Positions 27,036-36,927 of a stretch of 64,000 nt of DNA are shown here, in pieces (the first letter of the stretch is position 1; every line of letters begins with the position of its first letter). Origin of the DNA: an uncultured virus (IMG/VR IMGVR_UViG_3300013497_000039) (taxonomy: Duplodnaviria > Heunggongvirae > Uroviricota > Caudoviricetes); IMG/VR virus record IMGVR_UViG_3300013497_000039, positions 1-64,000 of that record, one strand, 5' to 3'. The position numbers and the translations under genes are program-made. Under the pieces are notes generated by a model, which saw only the letters and a program-made list of their open reading frames with translations, was not told the DNA's origin and did not search any database.

Positions 27036-27673
27036 GACGGAATTGTAAATACCTGCCCCGGATATATTAAGCTTGCATTCTTTATGGGAGGATTGTTAGC
27101 ATTAAAGATTTTTGTATACTGGCTCCCATTTCCGTAGAACTTTTTCGCTATATTCCACAGGCAATCTCCTTTCACAACAGTATAGGATTTTGCAGTAGCA
27201 GAGGTTTCTGGCCGGTCCGATTGCTGCTGTACCTTAGGTGCCTCTTTTACCACTTCACGGATTTTTATAAATTTGAACTCTTTGAATTCAATATCATAAT
27301 AGACATCCCCTGGCTCTCCACCTTTCTCCCGGTAATCAAATTTCCGAATTGTGGCGTACATATTTACACCAGTCTGAGTTATCAATAGCTTTACAGGCTT
27401 GCCGGACTCCCTCCATTTCTCAATCTTTTTCACCGCTTCCCATGGATCCGGTATGTCTTCTCTGGTACAATAGGAAGAATCGTAATCCCTGGGAAAAAAG
27501 GAAGAGAACGACACCACTTGCAGCATACTATTGCCGATTATGGTTCGTTCTCCACCCTTAATCACCTGAATATCTGTAAAATTAGTTCCTCCTCCGCTGA
27601 TTACCGGTTCAGAGGGGTTGACCGGTAAAATTATACTGTCTTTCAAATTCTCAAACGATATTTTAAAAATCAA
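27032..27673 (-). CDS. LysM-domain tail protein (XkdP-like)
   Basis: LPVNP N-terminus; YTVVKGDCLWNIAKKFYG...IYPGQ LysM. Confidence 0.88.
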   Translation of the reverse strand: MIFKISFENLKDSIILPVNPSEPVISGGGTNFTDIQVIKGGERTIIGNSMLQVVSFSSFFPRDYDSSYCTREDIPDPWEAVKKIEKWRESGKPVKLLITQTGVNMYATIRKFDYREKGGEPGDVYYDIEFKEFKFIKIREVVKEAPKVQQQSDRPETSATAKSYTVVKGDCLWNIAKKFYGNGSQYTKIFNANNPPIKNASLIYPGQVFTIPS

Positions 27674-30600
27674 TCAACATCCTCCTCCCCCATATTGTCG
27701 GCCGTTTCCTCAATATCATCGGCCAGTGCTGCCAATACCTTCTGTACCAGCCTATCTTCATCGCCCTCTCCTGTTATCTCTACATGTTCAATTATCTTAT
27801 CGATGTAATATTTCTTCACGATCTTGTTTTCTGCAGACGAACTATAAGAGTTTGATGTGTCGCTATTATTCACTGGCTGTGCAATATTTAAGCCTGAATA
27901 CTCATCTCCCCCACCGGAAGGATCCTGGGGCTTGTTGGGTTTCTTTGGTTCTTCTGAAACCGGCAGCTGATATGGTTCCATGGTTGGAATTATAACCTCA
28001 GGAGTGTTTGCACTCATGGTAACTGTCATGTCGTCAGTCAAGCTTTTGATTTCATTATTCATCATAGCCTTTGTATCCTTCAGACCTTCCGCAACACCCG
28101 CTCCCATATTAAATCCAACTTCGGCTTTCATTACCCGGGATGGGGAATGTATTCCAAGGAAGCTCTTAAATTTCCCGACAATTGAGCCCGCAACATTTCC
28201 TATCGTGCTTCCGATCTGCTTTACTCCGCTTACCAGACCGTCCCCAATTCCTTTTATCAGGTCAATTCCAAGCTGCAGCCAGTCTACCCCTTTCAAGGTA
28301 TCCCAAATTGCAGTTACCAGATTCAAGGCTCCCTCTACCAAAGTAGGCAAAGCGGATATCAGTCCGTCAACCAATGCTACCACAAGCTGTACAGCAGCGG
28401 TCAGTATCATGGGCAAATTCTCAATGATAAAGGTAACCAATCCAGTTATTATCTGTATGGCTCCGTCCACCAATACCGGGATATTATCAATTAAAGCCTG
28501 CACCAGCGTCATTATAATGTCCAGAGCTGCCTGAATTATCATAGGCAGATTATCTGTTATGAACTGAAGCAGATTCAGAACTATTTGAACTGCTGAATCA
28601 ATAAGTAGTGGTATGCTCTGTACAATTCCCTGTATCAAAGATAATAACAGCTGCAATCCTAAATTCAGAATCGCCGGCAACATACTCACAAAGCCCTGAA
28701 TCAGGCTGGTAAGCAACTGTATCGCCGCCTGAATTATCATGGGCAAGTTGCCTGAAATACCCTGTGTAAGGCTCTCCAGGATTGAAATGGCGGCCTCTGT
28801 AATACCTGGCATTGCCTGTGTCAGCCCCTGGACCAAGGTAAGAATTATTGTAGTAGCCGCTGTTATAATGGATGGCGCCTGCTGTTTTATCATGCCCTGG
28901 AGACTTCCCAGGCCGCCGATTAAAGCTTTGATTATTTTAGGAGCTCCATCCTGAACCGCCTGAACCCCGGTGCCAATCATATCATTGAATACAGCACCGA
29001 TACCAGACGTGTCACCTGCCTCAATAGCCTCACCAATTCTACCAGCAAAGCCTTTCAGTACATTTACCGCATTTGATACGGTTGGAGTAAGTTTTTCTCC
29101 TATAGGCGCCAGGACCGCATCTGTAAAGGTCCTCTTCAAGCTGCCAAAGGCGCTTCCTAAATCATCATACTTTATATTATTAATTTCTGTCAGCGCATCC
29201 GTTCCACCCTGGATTTCTCCATTCAGCTTTGACATTGAAAGTACGCCTTTTGCGCCCAGGTCTTCCCACATAGTTCCAAAAAGAGCTACGCCGGCCGCAT
29301 TTTGCTTCACTGGATCCTGCATTGATCCTAAAGCTGCTGTTACCTCTTGAAAAGCCGCTTTTCCTCTGTCACCACCGGCAGCGAAATCTTTTGTAAGCCG
29401 ACCCGCATCCAACCCCAAGTCTTTGAAAGCTTGTTTGGTTCCGTCGCTTCCATCTTTTGTTCTTATGCCAAATTCTTTTATGGCATCACCAAGCTTATCA
29501 ACAGAAAAAGTTCCGCTTTGGGCTCCGTTCACCAGCATATTCATCATTTCCGTACTGGAGAAGCCCATTTGTTTGAAATGGGTACCATACTCGTTCAGCG
29601 TATCCAAAAGGTCCCCGTTTTTGTTCAAGCCCTTTTGTGCTCCCTGTGCAATCAGGTTATAAGCCTCATCACCAGATATGCCGAACTGGTCCATCATCAT
29701 TTTTGCAGAACGTGTACTTTCAGTAACATCAAAATCAAATGTATCCCGGAGCAATAACGCATTGTGTGTTAGATTTTCCAGGTCTTTGCCAGCTGCGCCT
29801 GAAATCTGGGATACTGCCGATATACTATTTCCCAGGTCAGCATAATCTTCCCCCATGTTATCTCGATACAGGTTTGACATTATGCCACTTATTTCAGCCT
29901 TATCCTTCTGGCCGGTTTGTGCCATTGTGGAATTTACTGCTTGATCTTTCGTTACCGAAGCTGCTGTTACTGCTGTCGCTCCTGCCATGGCTACCGTAGC
30001 ACCAATAACAATGCCTTTAGCCGCTATTCCCGCTACATTTTTCAATCCAGAGCCGATTTTCTTTAAAGCCGGACCTGTTTTGTCAATTACTTTTACAGTG
30101 GCTTCCCAAACCTTACCTGCCACACTCTTAATTTTGCCTGAGATTTTAGATACTAAAGGAGAGGCCATATCCTTAAGCTTGACTATCGGATAAGCTACGG
30201 TACCCGCTACCTTTGCCAAACTCTGACGGACCTTTCCCGCGGCATTTGTGACTTTATCTTTCAGAGATACCAGTGGCTGAACCTTCTGGCCTGCCAAGCT
30301 TTTCAATTTGGAAGCTATTGGCTTTATTCCATTTGAAACCCTGTCTTTCAGATTAACAACTGGAGAAATAACCTTTTTCCCTAAGCCTTTAAGCTTTTCA
30401 TCAATGTCATAAATCTGTTTCAGAGCATCAGCTTTGAAATCAACGTATGCTCTGACTGCCACATTAGTCTTGTTCAAATCCTCAATAGATTTTTCCATTG
30501 TGGCCAGCTTTGACCTGGCTTCTTCCAACTCACTGAAATCGGCACGGATTTTCTGCCATTCTGTGAATCTCTGTTTTGCTGTTTCGATTTCGTTCAGCTT

Positions 30601-31047
30601 CTTCTCCAGACTATCAATAGATTGCTCTATTCCCAACTTCGTACTTCCCTTGGTACTATCAGTAAATTCAGCCTGTTTCTGTTTTAAAATATCCAGCTTA
30701 TTGCTATATTCCTGAATTTTTTCCTGTCCCGTATTAGCCAGGGCATTGAAATGTTTTAACTGCTTTTCTATTTTCTCCATGCTGAGATCATCATCAAGCT
30801 GAACTTTTAAAGCAAGTTCTTTATCCTCTATGGTATTTTTTAAAGAAGCAATCTCAACTTTGGCATTTTTCATTACTTCTGCAATATTGGTACGAGCAGC
30901 AATATTAATATTCTGTGACTGCGACATCCTGACCAAAGCTTCCCTTGATTCATTTACCTTCTTGGTCATAGTCCCTACACCTTCACTGGCCTTTTTCAAC
31001 TTGGCAGATAACCGGTCCCTCAATGATAAAACCGCACTTAATTCCAC
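27670..31047 (-). CDS. Tail tape measure protein
   Basis: 1125 aa; GDAIKEF, LFGTMWEDLG, amphipathic repeats, LGIHSPSRV. Confidence 0.92.
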   Translation of the reverse strand: MELSAVLSLRDRLSAKLKKASEGVGTMTKKVNESREALVRMSQSQNINIAARTNIAEVMKNAKVEIASLKNTIEDKELALKVQLDDDLSMEKIEKQLKHFNALANTGQEKIQEYSNKLDILKQKQAEFTDSTKGSTKLGIEQSIDSLEKKLNEIETAKQRFTEWQKIRADFSELEEARSKLATMEKSIEDLNKTNVAVRAYVDFKADALKQIYDIDEKLKGLGKKVISPVVNLKDRVSNGIKPIASKLKSLAGQKVQPLVSLKDKVTNAAGKVRQSLAKVAGTVAYPIVKLKDMASPLVSKISGKIKSVAGKVWEATVKVIDKTGPALKKIGSGLKNVAGIAAKGIVIGATVAMAGATAVTAASVTKDQAVNSTMAQTGQKDKAEISGIMSNLYRDNMGEDYADLGNSISAVSQISGAAGKDLENLTHNALLLRDTFDFDVTESTRSAKMMMDQFGISGDEAYNLIAQGAQKGLNKNGDLLDTLNEYGTHFKQMGFSSTEMMNMLVNGAQSGTFSVDKLGDAIKEFGIRTKDGSDGTKQAFKDLGLDAGRLTKDFAAGGDRGKAAFQEVTAALGSMQDPVKQNAAGVALFGTMWEDLGAKGVLSMSKLNGEIQGGTDALTEINNIKYDDLGSAFGSLKRTFTDAVLAPIGEKLTPTVSNAVNVLKGFAGRIGEAIEAGDTSGIGAVFNDMIGTGVQAVQDGAPKIIKALIGGLGSLQGMIKQQAPSIITAATTIILTLVQGLTQAMPGITEAAISILESLTQGISGNLPMIIQAAIQLLTSLIQGFVSMLPAILNLGLQLLLSLIQGIVQSIPLLIDSAVQIVLNLLQFITDNLPMIIQAALDIIMTLVQALIDNIPVLVDGAIQIITGLVTFIIENLPMILTAAVQLVVALVDGLISALPTLVEGALNLVTAIWDTLKGVDWLQLGIDLIKGIGDGLVSGVKQIGSTIGNVAGSIVGKFKSFLGIHSPSRVMKAEVGFNMGAGVAEGLKDTKAMMNNEIKSLTDDMTVTMSANTPEVIIPTMEPYQLPVSEEPKKPNKPQDPSGGGDEYSGLNIAQPVNNSDTSNSYSSSAENKIVKKYYIDKIIEHVEITGEGDEDRLVQKVLAALADDIEETADNMGEEDVD

Positions 31048-31078
31048 CCTTCCACCCCCTTTCCTGCATAATTAATTC

Positions 31079-31249
31079 TTACTTTGGCCGATTCTTTCTT
31101 TCCTTGACAGTAAGCTCCAGAGAAGCATACATAAAGTTTTTTACCCCACGAGGCTTCGCATATATTTCATCAGGAAAAAGAGTATAATTACTCTCTTGAA
31201 GGAGTCTATGAATTATTCCTGCTTCTCCGCCTCGGCTAATGAGTTTTTT
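31079..31249 (-). CDS. -1 frameshift extension of the tail assembly chaperone
   Basis: Slippery A AAA AAC at 31249-31243; the -1 frame is open as LISRGGEAGIIHRLLQE...PDEIYAKPRGVKNFMYASLEL...*. Confidence 0.75.
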   Translation of the reverse strand, partial: KKLISRGGEAGIIHRLLQESNYTLFPDEIYAKPRGVKNFMYASLELTVKERKNRPK

Positions 31250-31707
31250 ATTGCTTCCATCCCATCATCAAATCCCGAAACATCCATAATAGCCTCTGTA
31301 AGCTGTGAAATTTCACCTATAAACAACCTTTTGCGGATTACTTTTGTAGGATCATCTGTGTTATACTTAGAAAGCAGTTTTGGATTGTTCCAATCAGGCT
31401 TAACACATGCTGTCAGTACCAACAACCGGGATAACTTATCCTGATCTGTTTTTTCTTCAATCTGGTGTGTTCGAGGGTTTTTAACGGGATATTTACAGCG
31501 CTGCTCCAATTTATTGTATTCTTCTGTCGAAATTGCTTTCACAGTAAAGTAGGCTTTAAACCGCTTCATGTATACCTGTTTTTCAGCACTTTCAGGTGTT
31601 CCAAGGAGAGCTTCCAATAATTCATCATCTGTCTGTGTGGCAGGTTCCACATAAGCATCTGCGGGCATATCTTCTACATTTTCATATCCTGTTTTGTTTT
31701 CTTTCAT
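31213..31707 (-). CDS. Tail assembly chaperone (XkdN-like)
   Basis: Between tube and tape measure; GEI..L...I..VSGF. Confidence 0.8.
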   Translation of the reverse strand: MKENKTGYENVEDMPADAYVEPATQTDDELLEALLGTPESAEKQVYMKRFKAYFTVKAISTEEYNKLEQRCKYPVKNPRTHQIEEKTDQDKLSRLLVLTACVKPDWNNPKLLSKYNTDDPTKVIRKRLFIGEISQLTEAIMDVSGFDDGMEAIKNSLAEAEKQE

Positions 31708-31751
31708 AATGTGCTCCTTTCAAAATAAGCGGCTCCGCAGAGCCGCAAGTA

Positions 31752-32183
31752 TTAACTTTCTTCGATTTTATCTAGCCACTCCACTCCAACAAAAGTGAAC
31801 GGCCATTCTTCTTCCACCATTGCCCCAACTTCCCAGCCTACAACAGGAATTTTTGAGAACTTTACATGTTTCAGGCGAACACGCTCGTATCCATAGGCTT
31901 CCGGATCATCCAGCTTGGAAATCAGTTCGGTTACATACTCTGACTTTCGATCATCTGTGATTCTTGCCACATTTTGGACCAATTCCGATGTGATTTTATA
32001 ACCTGATATACTGCCAGTTCCTTTAATCCCAAGCAGTTTCTGTCCGGTCCATCGGCTACCGGACATTTTTACATCACCGTAGGAAGGTTCCAGATCAGCC
32101 GACATTTTATAGATGTTAGTCAGCCACTTCCCTTCACTATGGCATTCGCCATAGGAACCGTTTATTACTCTGGTTTCATCCAT
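31752..32183 (-). CDS. Tail tube protein (XkdM-like)
   Basis: VINGSYG...KLDDPEAYGYERV...EEEWPFTF. Confidence 0.9.
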   Translation of the reverse strand: MDETRVINGSYGECHSEGKWLTNIYKMSADLEPSYGDVKMSGSRWTGQKLLGIKGTGSISGYKITSELVQNVARITDDRKSEYVTELISKLDDPEAYGYERVRLKHVKFSKIPVVGWEVGAMVEEEWPFTFVGVEWLDKIEES

Positions 32184-32202
32184 CTTCTATAACACTCCCT
32201 TC

Positions 32203-33624
32203 TTACAGAAAGACCTTATTAAAGATCTGTTCAATCTTATCAATTGTCAGTGCCTGAGTTTCCATATAAACGGTATCGCCTTCACTGACTAGCGTTTCAC
32301 TCAATCCAACAAGGATATCAGGACTGATTACATTCTGATCTGCTAAAGTTTCAAGATACTGGGATATACCGCTAAACAAAGCCGCCCTGCCATCACCGTC
32401 ATTATCGAGCTCCCCAAGTACATTTTTCATCGCATAGCGGCCGATATCATAATCAATAGCCGTCATTGTTGAAATAGCCTTAATTTTACGGAGTTTTTCT
32501 CCCGCCTCCGCAGTAAAGCTGGTAAAAGTATTAATTCCCCGTTCTACTTTAACAGAAGTCTCAAAGGTTTCCGGATCTGTGTCTTTGAACAAAACAAAAG
32601 AGCCGGCAGTTGTAGCCTCACGGATTTCTGTATCACTTAATTCCACCGTTACATCCACAATATCTTCCAGCTCTTTATAAGTAATTGCTTTATTTAGCGG
32701 CAGGGCAGCTATAGCCCCCGCAATCTGAGGCGCCATCTCAGCAGAACAATACATATTGCCGGCCGCATCTATTCCGCCTACAATCCCATTGATAATGCCA
32801 TAATTGTCACAGGCCTTTGACCTTGCATTGCCTACGGACGGGTCCTTGTCATTTTCATGAGTTCCGCCAAGAACAAGCTGAATCATTTTGCCAGCATTCC
32901 ATACACGGCTTTGCCAGCTCTTAACAGTAGTAAGCAGTGATTCATCATATACCCCGTCCATGGAGATTGTATTTAAGTAAGCTGTTTCAAATGCTGCCAG
33001 GGCTCTAATATAATCCTCAACTTTTACATCACTTCCCGAGCTGCCGCCGGCAAATGTAATAGAAGCATTCACCGAAAGTTCTGTATCTCCCATCTTTACC
33101 GCTGTGACCAGGGATTTCTCATCACTATTTACCGCATCTACCAGTGCCCCTACATCTGTTTTCTTCACAGTATACTTGCTTACCATGGAGCTGCCTTCAT
33201 AAATCGCAAGATTTATCAACTCTTCATCCTGGATATTTTCCGTTATAGCTGCTCTGAATTGATTTCCACGACTGCCTTTGTATTTGGCAATCAGCTTAAA
33301 ACTGCCCTCTACTGTAGCAACCGCCTGTTCCGCTTCCGCTGTTGCCATTCGGTATACAATGACCCTATAGGGTTTGTATTGCTTTCCTCCCTTGGCAGCT
33401 CTCCTGGCTAAATATACGGTTCCACCGGTACCAAAAGCAGAAATAATAGCCGAATCATCTTCACAAATCGTGAGCTGATTACAAGGGCCCCAGTCAGCCT
33501 TAATGGGAATGCCGACAACGCCTTTCTTTGTAGCGTTTATTCTGGATGCTGCCAAAGAGACAAACCAGTTATAAAGTCCGGTACGCTCTTTGCTTTCACC
33601 CGGTTTCCATGTTCCACTCGACAT
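32203..33624 (-). CDS. Tail sheath protein (XkdK-like)
   Basis: GTW....K.R.G.Y..F, AKY.G.RGN, GINT. Confidence 0.9.
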   Translation of the reverse strand: MSSGTWKPGESKERTGLYNWFVSLAASRINATKKGVVGIPIKADWGPCNQLTICEDDSAIISAFGTGGTVYLARRAAKGGKQYKPYRVIVYRMATAEAEQAVATVEGSFKLIAKYKGSRGNQFRAAITENIQDEELINLAIYEGSSMVSKYTVKKTDVGALVDAVNSDEKSLVTAVKMGDTELSVNASITFAGGSSGSDVKVEDYIRALAAFETAYLNTISMDGVYDESLLTTVKSWQSRVWNAGKMIQLVLGGTHENDKDPSVGNARSKACDNYGIINGIVGGIDAAGNMYCSAEMAPQIAGAIAALPLNKAITYKELEDIVDVTVELSDTEIREATTAGSFVLFKDTDPETFETSVKVERGINTFTSFTAEAGEKLRKIKAISTMTAIDYDIGRYAMKNVLGELDNDGDGRAALFSGISQYLETLADQNVISPDILVGLSETLVSEGDTVYMETQALTIDKIEQIFNKVFL

Positions 33625-33625
33625 A

Positions 33626-33802
33626 TTACCTTACCTCCTTCTTTAAGAATGAATCAATTGCCTGGTTAATTTCTCCCAGGGTATACTTCTCTTTTTTGTC
33701 ACACATAAAGAGCGCTCCATAAATTACTTCCGGATAAACTCCCAAAAGTTCCTTTGAATTCTGGCATATTTCATCCAGACTGAATTCCGCTTTGCTGTTC
33801 AT
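33626..33802 (-). CDS. Small YqzN/YkzM-like protein (not in the ORF track)
   Basis: Translated by hand: MNSKAEFSLDEICQNSKELLGVYPEVIYGAL...IDSFLKKEVR*. Confidence 0.65.
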   Translation of the reverse strand: MNSKAEFSLDEICQNSKELLGVYPEVIYGALFMCDKKEKYTLGEINQAIDSFLKKEVR

Positions 33803-34283
33803 CTTCTATCGCCTTCCTCCCATCAACACTAATTTTATTAACGATTTTCTGTATCTTCGGTACCGGATCCCGCCTTAAATTCCGGGAACGTACCCGGGAT
33901 ACTTCAATCATAAATGCAACCATAAAATTTACATCATCTGTATCTGCAGCAACTCTTTCTATGGTAAAAAAACGCCCTGTATCAGGAATTGGTATCTTTT
34001 TCAGCCCCATAAGATAGTCTACAAACGCATCCTTATTTACCGTCAGACTGTCTACATCCTCTTCTTTGCAGAACATGTAAATTTCATATGTTCTTGTCTC
34101 CTTGTACAAGGACTTCGTCAACTCCTCCGTTTTGGTTGCTTTATCCGGATTTATAAAAAGAAAACAAGGCCGTTTAAATTTTTCAGGAACATCCGTTTCA
34201 TATTGCTGGATATCACCGAATATTTCTTTGACAATCTCCGAAAGGGCTCTGTTTTCCGGCAATGGTAAATTATCCATTTTCAA
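33771..34283 (-). CDS. Tail terminator-like protein
   Basis: VPEKFKRPCFLF motif; gene position. Confidence 0.65.
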   Translation of the reverse strand: MKMDNLPLPENRALSEIVKEIFGDIQQYETDVPEKFKRPCFLFINPDKATKTEELTKSLYKETRTYEIYMFCKEEDVDSLTVNKDAFVDYLMGLKKIPIPDTGRFFTIERVAADTDDVNFMVAFMIEVSRVRSRNLRRDPVPKIQKIVNKISVDGRKAIEDEQQSGIQSG

Positions 34284-34884
34284 AAGCCTCCTTAAACCTA
34301 TTCAACTCATACCTTACTACCTCCGGAGCAGCTTTCTCCATTTCCTCAAAACCTAAATCAAAGTATTTTACACCTTTATAAGTATGCGCACGTACCATGA
34401 TTCCGGTTTTTGAACCCTTTTGATATATAAACTTCCCTTTTCCGTCTATTGTACCAGGTACCCAATGCTTCTTTGAAACTTTATATCCATCATTAATATA
34501 GCCTGCATACTTTACGTTAGAGCCGACACATAGGGTAAATTTCCCGGCTTTACCGGAGAAGGTCCAAATATTACCGACGCTGCCCCGGGACAGTGAATTC
34601 CATAGCAAGCCAGTATCTATTGCATTTGTATTCACCGTTCCTTTAAATTGGAGGTAATTTCTGGTTTTCCCCTTGTTTTTCCCCTTGGAAACCGTTCTGG
34701 TCATTTTTGAATATCTGGCATGCGGCCTTTCATCGCCCTGTAACACATCTTTGGCCTCATTTATGAGTACATCTCCCAATGTGTCAAGAATGTTCTGAAT
34801 AATCTCTGGCATATCCCTCTGAGCAGCTTTTAACAGCTTTCTTTCAAGATCATTTAAGCCATCAATGAAGAAATCATCCTCCAT
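34270..34884 (-). CDS. HK97 gp10-like neck protein
   Basis: DTGLLWNS, VGSNVKYA.YINDG. Confidence 0.8.
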   Translation of the reverse strand: MEDDFFIDGLNDLERKLLKAAQRDMPEIIQNILDTLGDVLINEAKDVLQGDERPHARYSKMTRTVSKGKNKGKTRNYLQFKGTVNTNAIDTGLLWNSLSRGSVGNIWTFSGKAGKFTLCVGSNVKYAGYINDGYKVSKKHWVPGTIDGKGKFIYQKGSKTGIMVRAHTYKGVKYFDLGFEEMEKAAPEVVRYELNRFKEAFENG

Positions 34885-34885
34885 G

Positions 34886-35227
34886 CTACACCTCGCCTTC
34901 CCGCTCGATTGAGACACGATTATATTTTCCAGACGGGGAGTAGGGTTCCTCAACCTTAAACCGGTATATCTCTTTCCCTTCTTTATCCACCCAGCAAACA
35001 ATGTTCCCGTTCTCAACCTTTACACTCTTAGGGAGCATAAGCACGTAATAGGTATTCACCTTTACCCGTCCATTTTCTTTCGTGTTAGTAGAATTTTTCC
35101 GGATAAATCTGCACCTTCTATTTTCATAAATCATTGCGTCAGGAACTTTTTTAGTGAAATTTCCTCTCTTTTCATCATCATGCTTATATATATTGCATCT
35201 ATGAATCAACATTTTTCCTATGCTCAT
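34886..35227 (-). CDS. Head-tail adaptor (XkdH-like)
   Basis: MS...ML.HRC.IY; gene position. Confidence 0.65.
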   Translation of the reverse strand: MSIGKMLIHRCNIYKHDDEKRGNFTKKVPDAMIYENRRCRFIRKNSTNTKENGRVKVNTYYVLMLPKSVKVENGNIVCWVDKEGKEIYRFKVEEPYSPSGKYNRVSIEREGEV

Positions 35228-35228
35228 G

Positions 35229-35600
35229 TCAGATCACCCTTGCCCTGACGCTTCTCTTGCGTTCAGAAATTGTTTTTCCGCCAATCATAAGGAAATCGAG
35301 CTTAGAAAGTATGGCAGAAAAGGCAGACAGATTATTCTGATAAGAATATCCGTCTACACTTTCACTGTTTTTAGTATCGTCTCGAATCAGAGCCGGGACC
35401 AACTGGGCATTGACCACTTTAACCATATTGGGAATTTTATCATCAAATGAGGTGCCGCAGTATGCGTCAATGAGATCTTTCCCAGACTTCAGCAGATTTT
35501 CCAATGCCTTATCTGATAACTGCTCCATGTCTTCTTCTAAAACAACACCCTCAAATTCTCCACCAGACTTCAAATCATTGGCAGTTAAATACGCTTCCAT
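35229..35600 (-). CDS. Head-tail connector
   Basis: IDAYCG..F, SESVDGYSY. Confidence 0.7.
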   Translation of the reverse strand: MEAYLTANDLKSGGEFEGVVLEEDMEQLSDKALENLLKSGKDLIDAYCGTSFDDKIPNMVKVVNAQLVPALIRDDTKNSESVDGYSYQNNLSAFSAILSKLDFLMIGGKTISERKRSVRARVI

Positions 35601-35974
35601 TACCTTTTTACAAAAAGCCCTGTAGTAAGAAGCTTTTTGTATGTTGTTTCATCTACAATCTGGACCGGTTGATTTTTGAAGAATCGCATGCCGCATCCTG
35701 TATAGGAAGCTGCACCTGTGAGAATCAGCCAGTATTCAGCCAGTATCTTTTTAGGCTGTTCTTCCTGTTTCTCCTCTTCTTCCTTTTCCGGTTCCGGTTC
35801 TGGTGCCGGCGCCGGTTCGGTTACCGGCTCTTCCTGGTAAGCAGGTTCTTTTGATTCCGGTGCAGCTGCGGGTTCTTCTTCAAACGTGAATTCTTCCTGC
35901 TGTTGGATCAGATCTGCAGCCGGGCTTTCAGCTTCAGCAACAACCTTATGATTTTCTTCTACTTTTCTTCCCAT
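35600..35974 (-). CDS. Acidic Pro/Glu-rich head-associated protein
   Basis: Follows the capsid gene; low-complexity N-terminus, small C-terminal domain. Confidence 0.6.
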   Translation of the reverse strand: MGRKVEENHKVVAEAESPAADLIQQQEEFTFEEEPAAAPESKEPAYQEEPVTEPAPAPEPEPEKEEEEKQEEQPKKILAEYWLILTGAASYTGCGMRFFKNQPVQIVDETTYKKLLTTGLFVKR

Positions 35975-35988
35975 GATATTCCCTCCTA

Positions 35989-36912
35989 TCAGGTTCTCTT
36001 CTTACCCATAACCAGTACGTCCGGATTATGGATTTCAAAATCAAAGTCAGCAAGCAACGTATATTCATGTCGTGTTTTTCTCGGTACCACATCATGATAA
36101 GTCTCAATGTTCCCACCATATACACCATAAGCCAAGTTCTTCAAAGGAGTAACCATTTGAACCTCATCAGGAAGGAAGCCAACCGGAATAATCTCAAACC
36201 CATCATAGGCAACATGATTACCGCTGATCAAAAGACTATCGCCCAGGGCTGTGTTCCTTTCTGTCAGTTCTTCCTTATACTCTCGGTTGACATTGTGAGA
36301 TACCAAAAGCTTAAGTAAGCTCTTATCTTCCTGCTGATAAAGCTGAAAATATTTACTAGGCACAGCTCCAAGCAGAGTTTTAAAGAGTGCCCTTTTAGAG
36401 GTAATCCCTGCATTATCAATTTTATGGGTACCAGCGTCCGCTTCTCCTATAGCAACCCAACCATCATTAATATTCAGGAAATCATCTGTAGAGCTTTCAC
36501 TTCCATTGAACGCAAGGTCTATGGTGTCATTTGCAAACTGCTGAGCAAATAGTTGAGCCAACGTTGTGTTAATGTTTCCTTTTTCAATATTTTCCTTCAT
36601 GAACTGGAAGGTAATGTCGTAAGGCATGATTACACCAACTGCATTCAACTCCCTCTGTTTGGTTGAGAAGCTTCCTGTTGCTGCGTTATCCTGATTTTCT
36701 TTAGCCTTACGCATATTTCTTCTGGAAATATCTCCGTATTCCAATACACGTCTGGTGGTCTGCATTGTAATAAAATCCACGGATCGTAAGAATGTAGAAT
36801 AGTCTTTCATAAATGTAATGAACTGAGTAGACTGCTCAGCATTCATTCTGCCGCCAGTCCCCAACGTTGAGGTATCTACAGCTGCTTTTGATAATAATGT
36901 TCTGTTGTTCAT
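35989..36912 (-). CDS. Major capsid protein (XkdG/P2-family-like)
   Basis: GG.MN.EQ...F, ENIE, FAND..DL.FNG, NDGW. Confidence 0.88.
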   Translation of the reverse strand: MNNRTLLSKAAVDTSTLGTGGRMNAEQSTQFITFMKDYSTFLRSVDFITMQTTRRVLEYGDISRRNMRKAKENQDNAATGSFSTKQRELNAVGVIMPYDITFQFMKENIEKGNINTTLAQLFAQQFANDTIDLAFNGSESSTDDFLNINDGWVAIGEADAGTHKIDNAGITSKRALFKTLLGAVPSKYFQLYQQEDKSLLKLLVSHNVNREYKEELTERNTALGDSLLISGNHVAYDGFEIIPVGFLPDEVQMVTPLKNLAYGVYGGNIETYHDVVPRKTRHEYTLLADFDFEIHNPDVLVMGKKRT

Positions 36913-36927
36913 GCTCTCTTTCCCTCC

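Noticed and set aside
27980..31075. Multiple plus-strand ORFs opposite the tape measure gene and other structural genes
   Set aside because: Antisense shadows of long minus-strand genes, with no RBS or motifs
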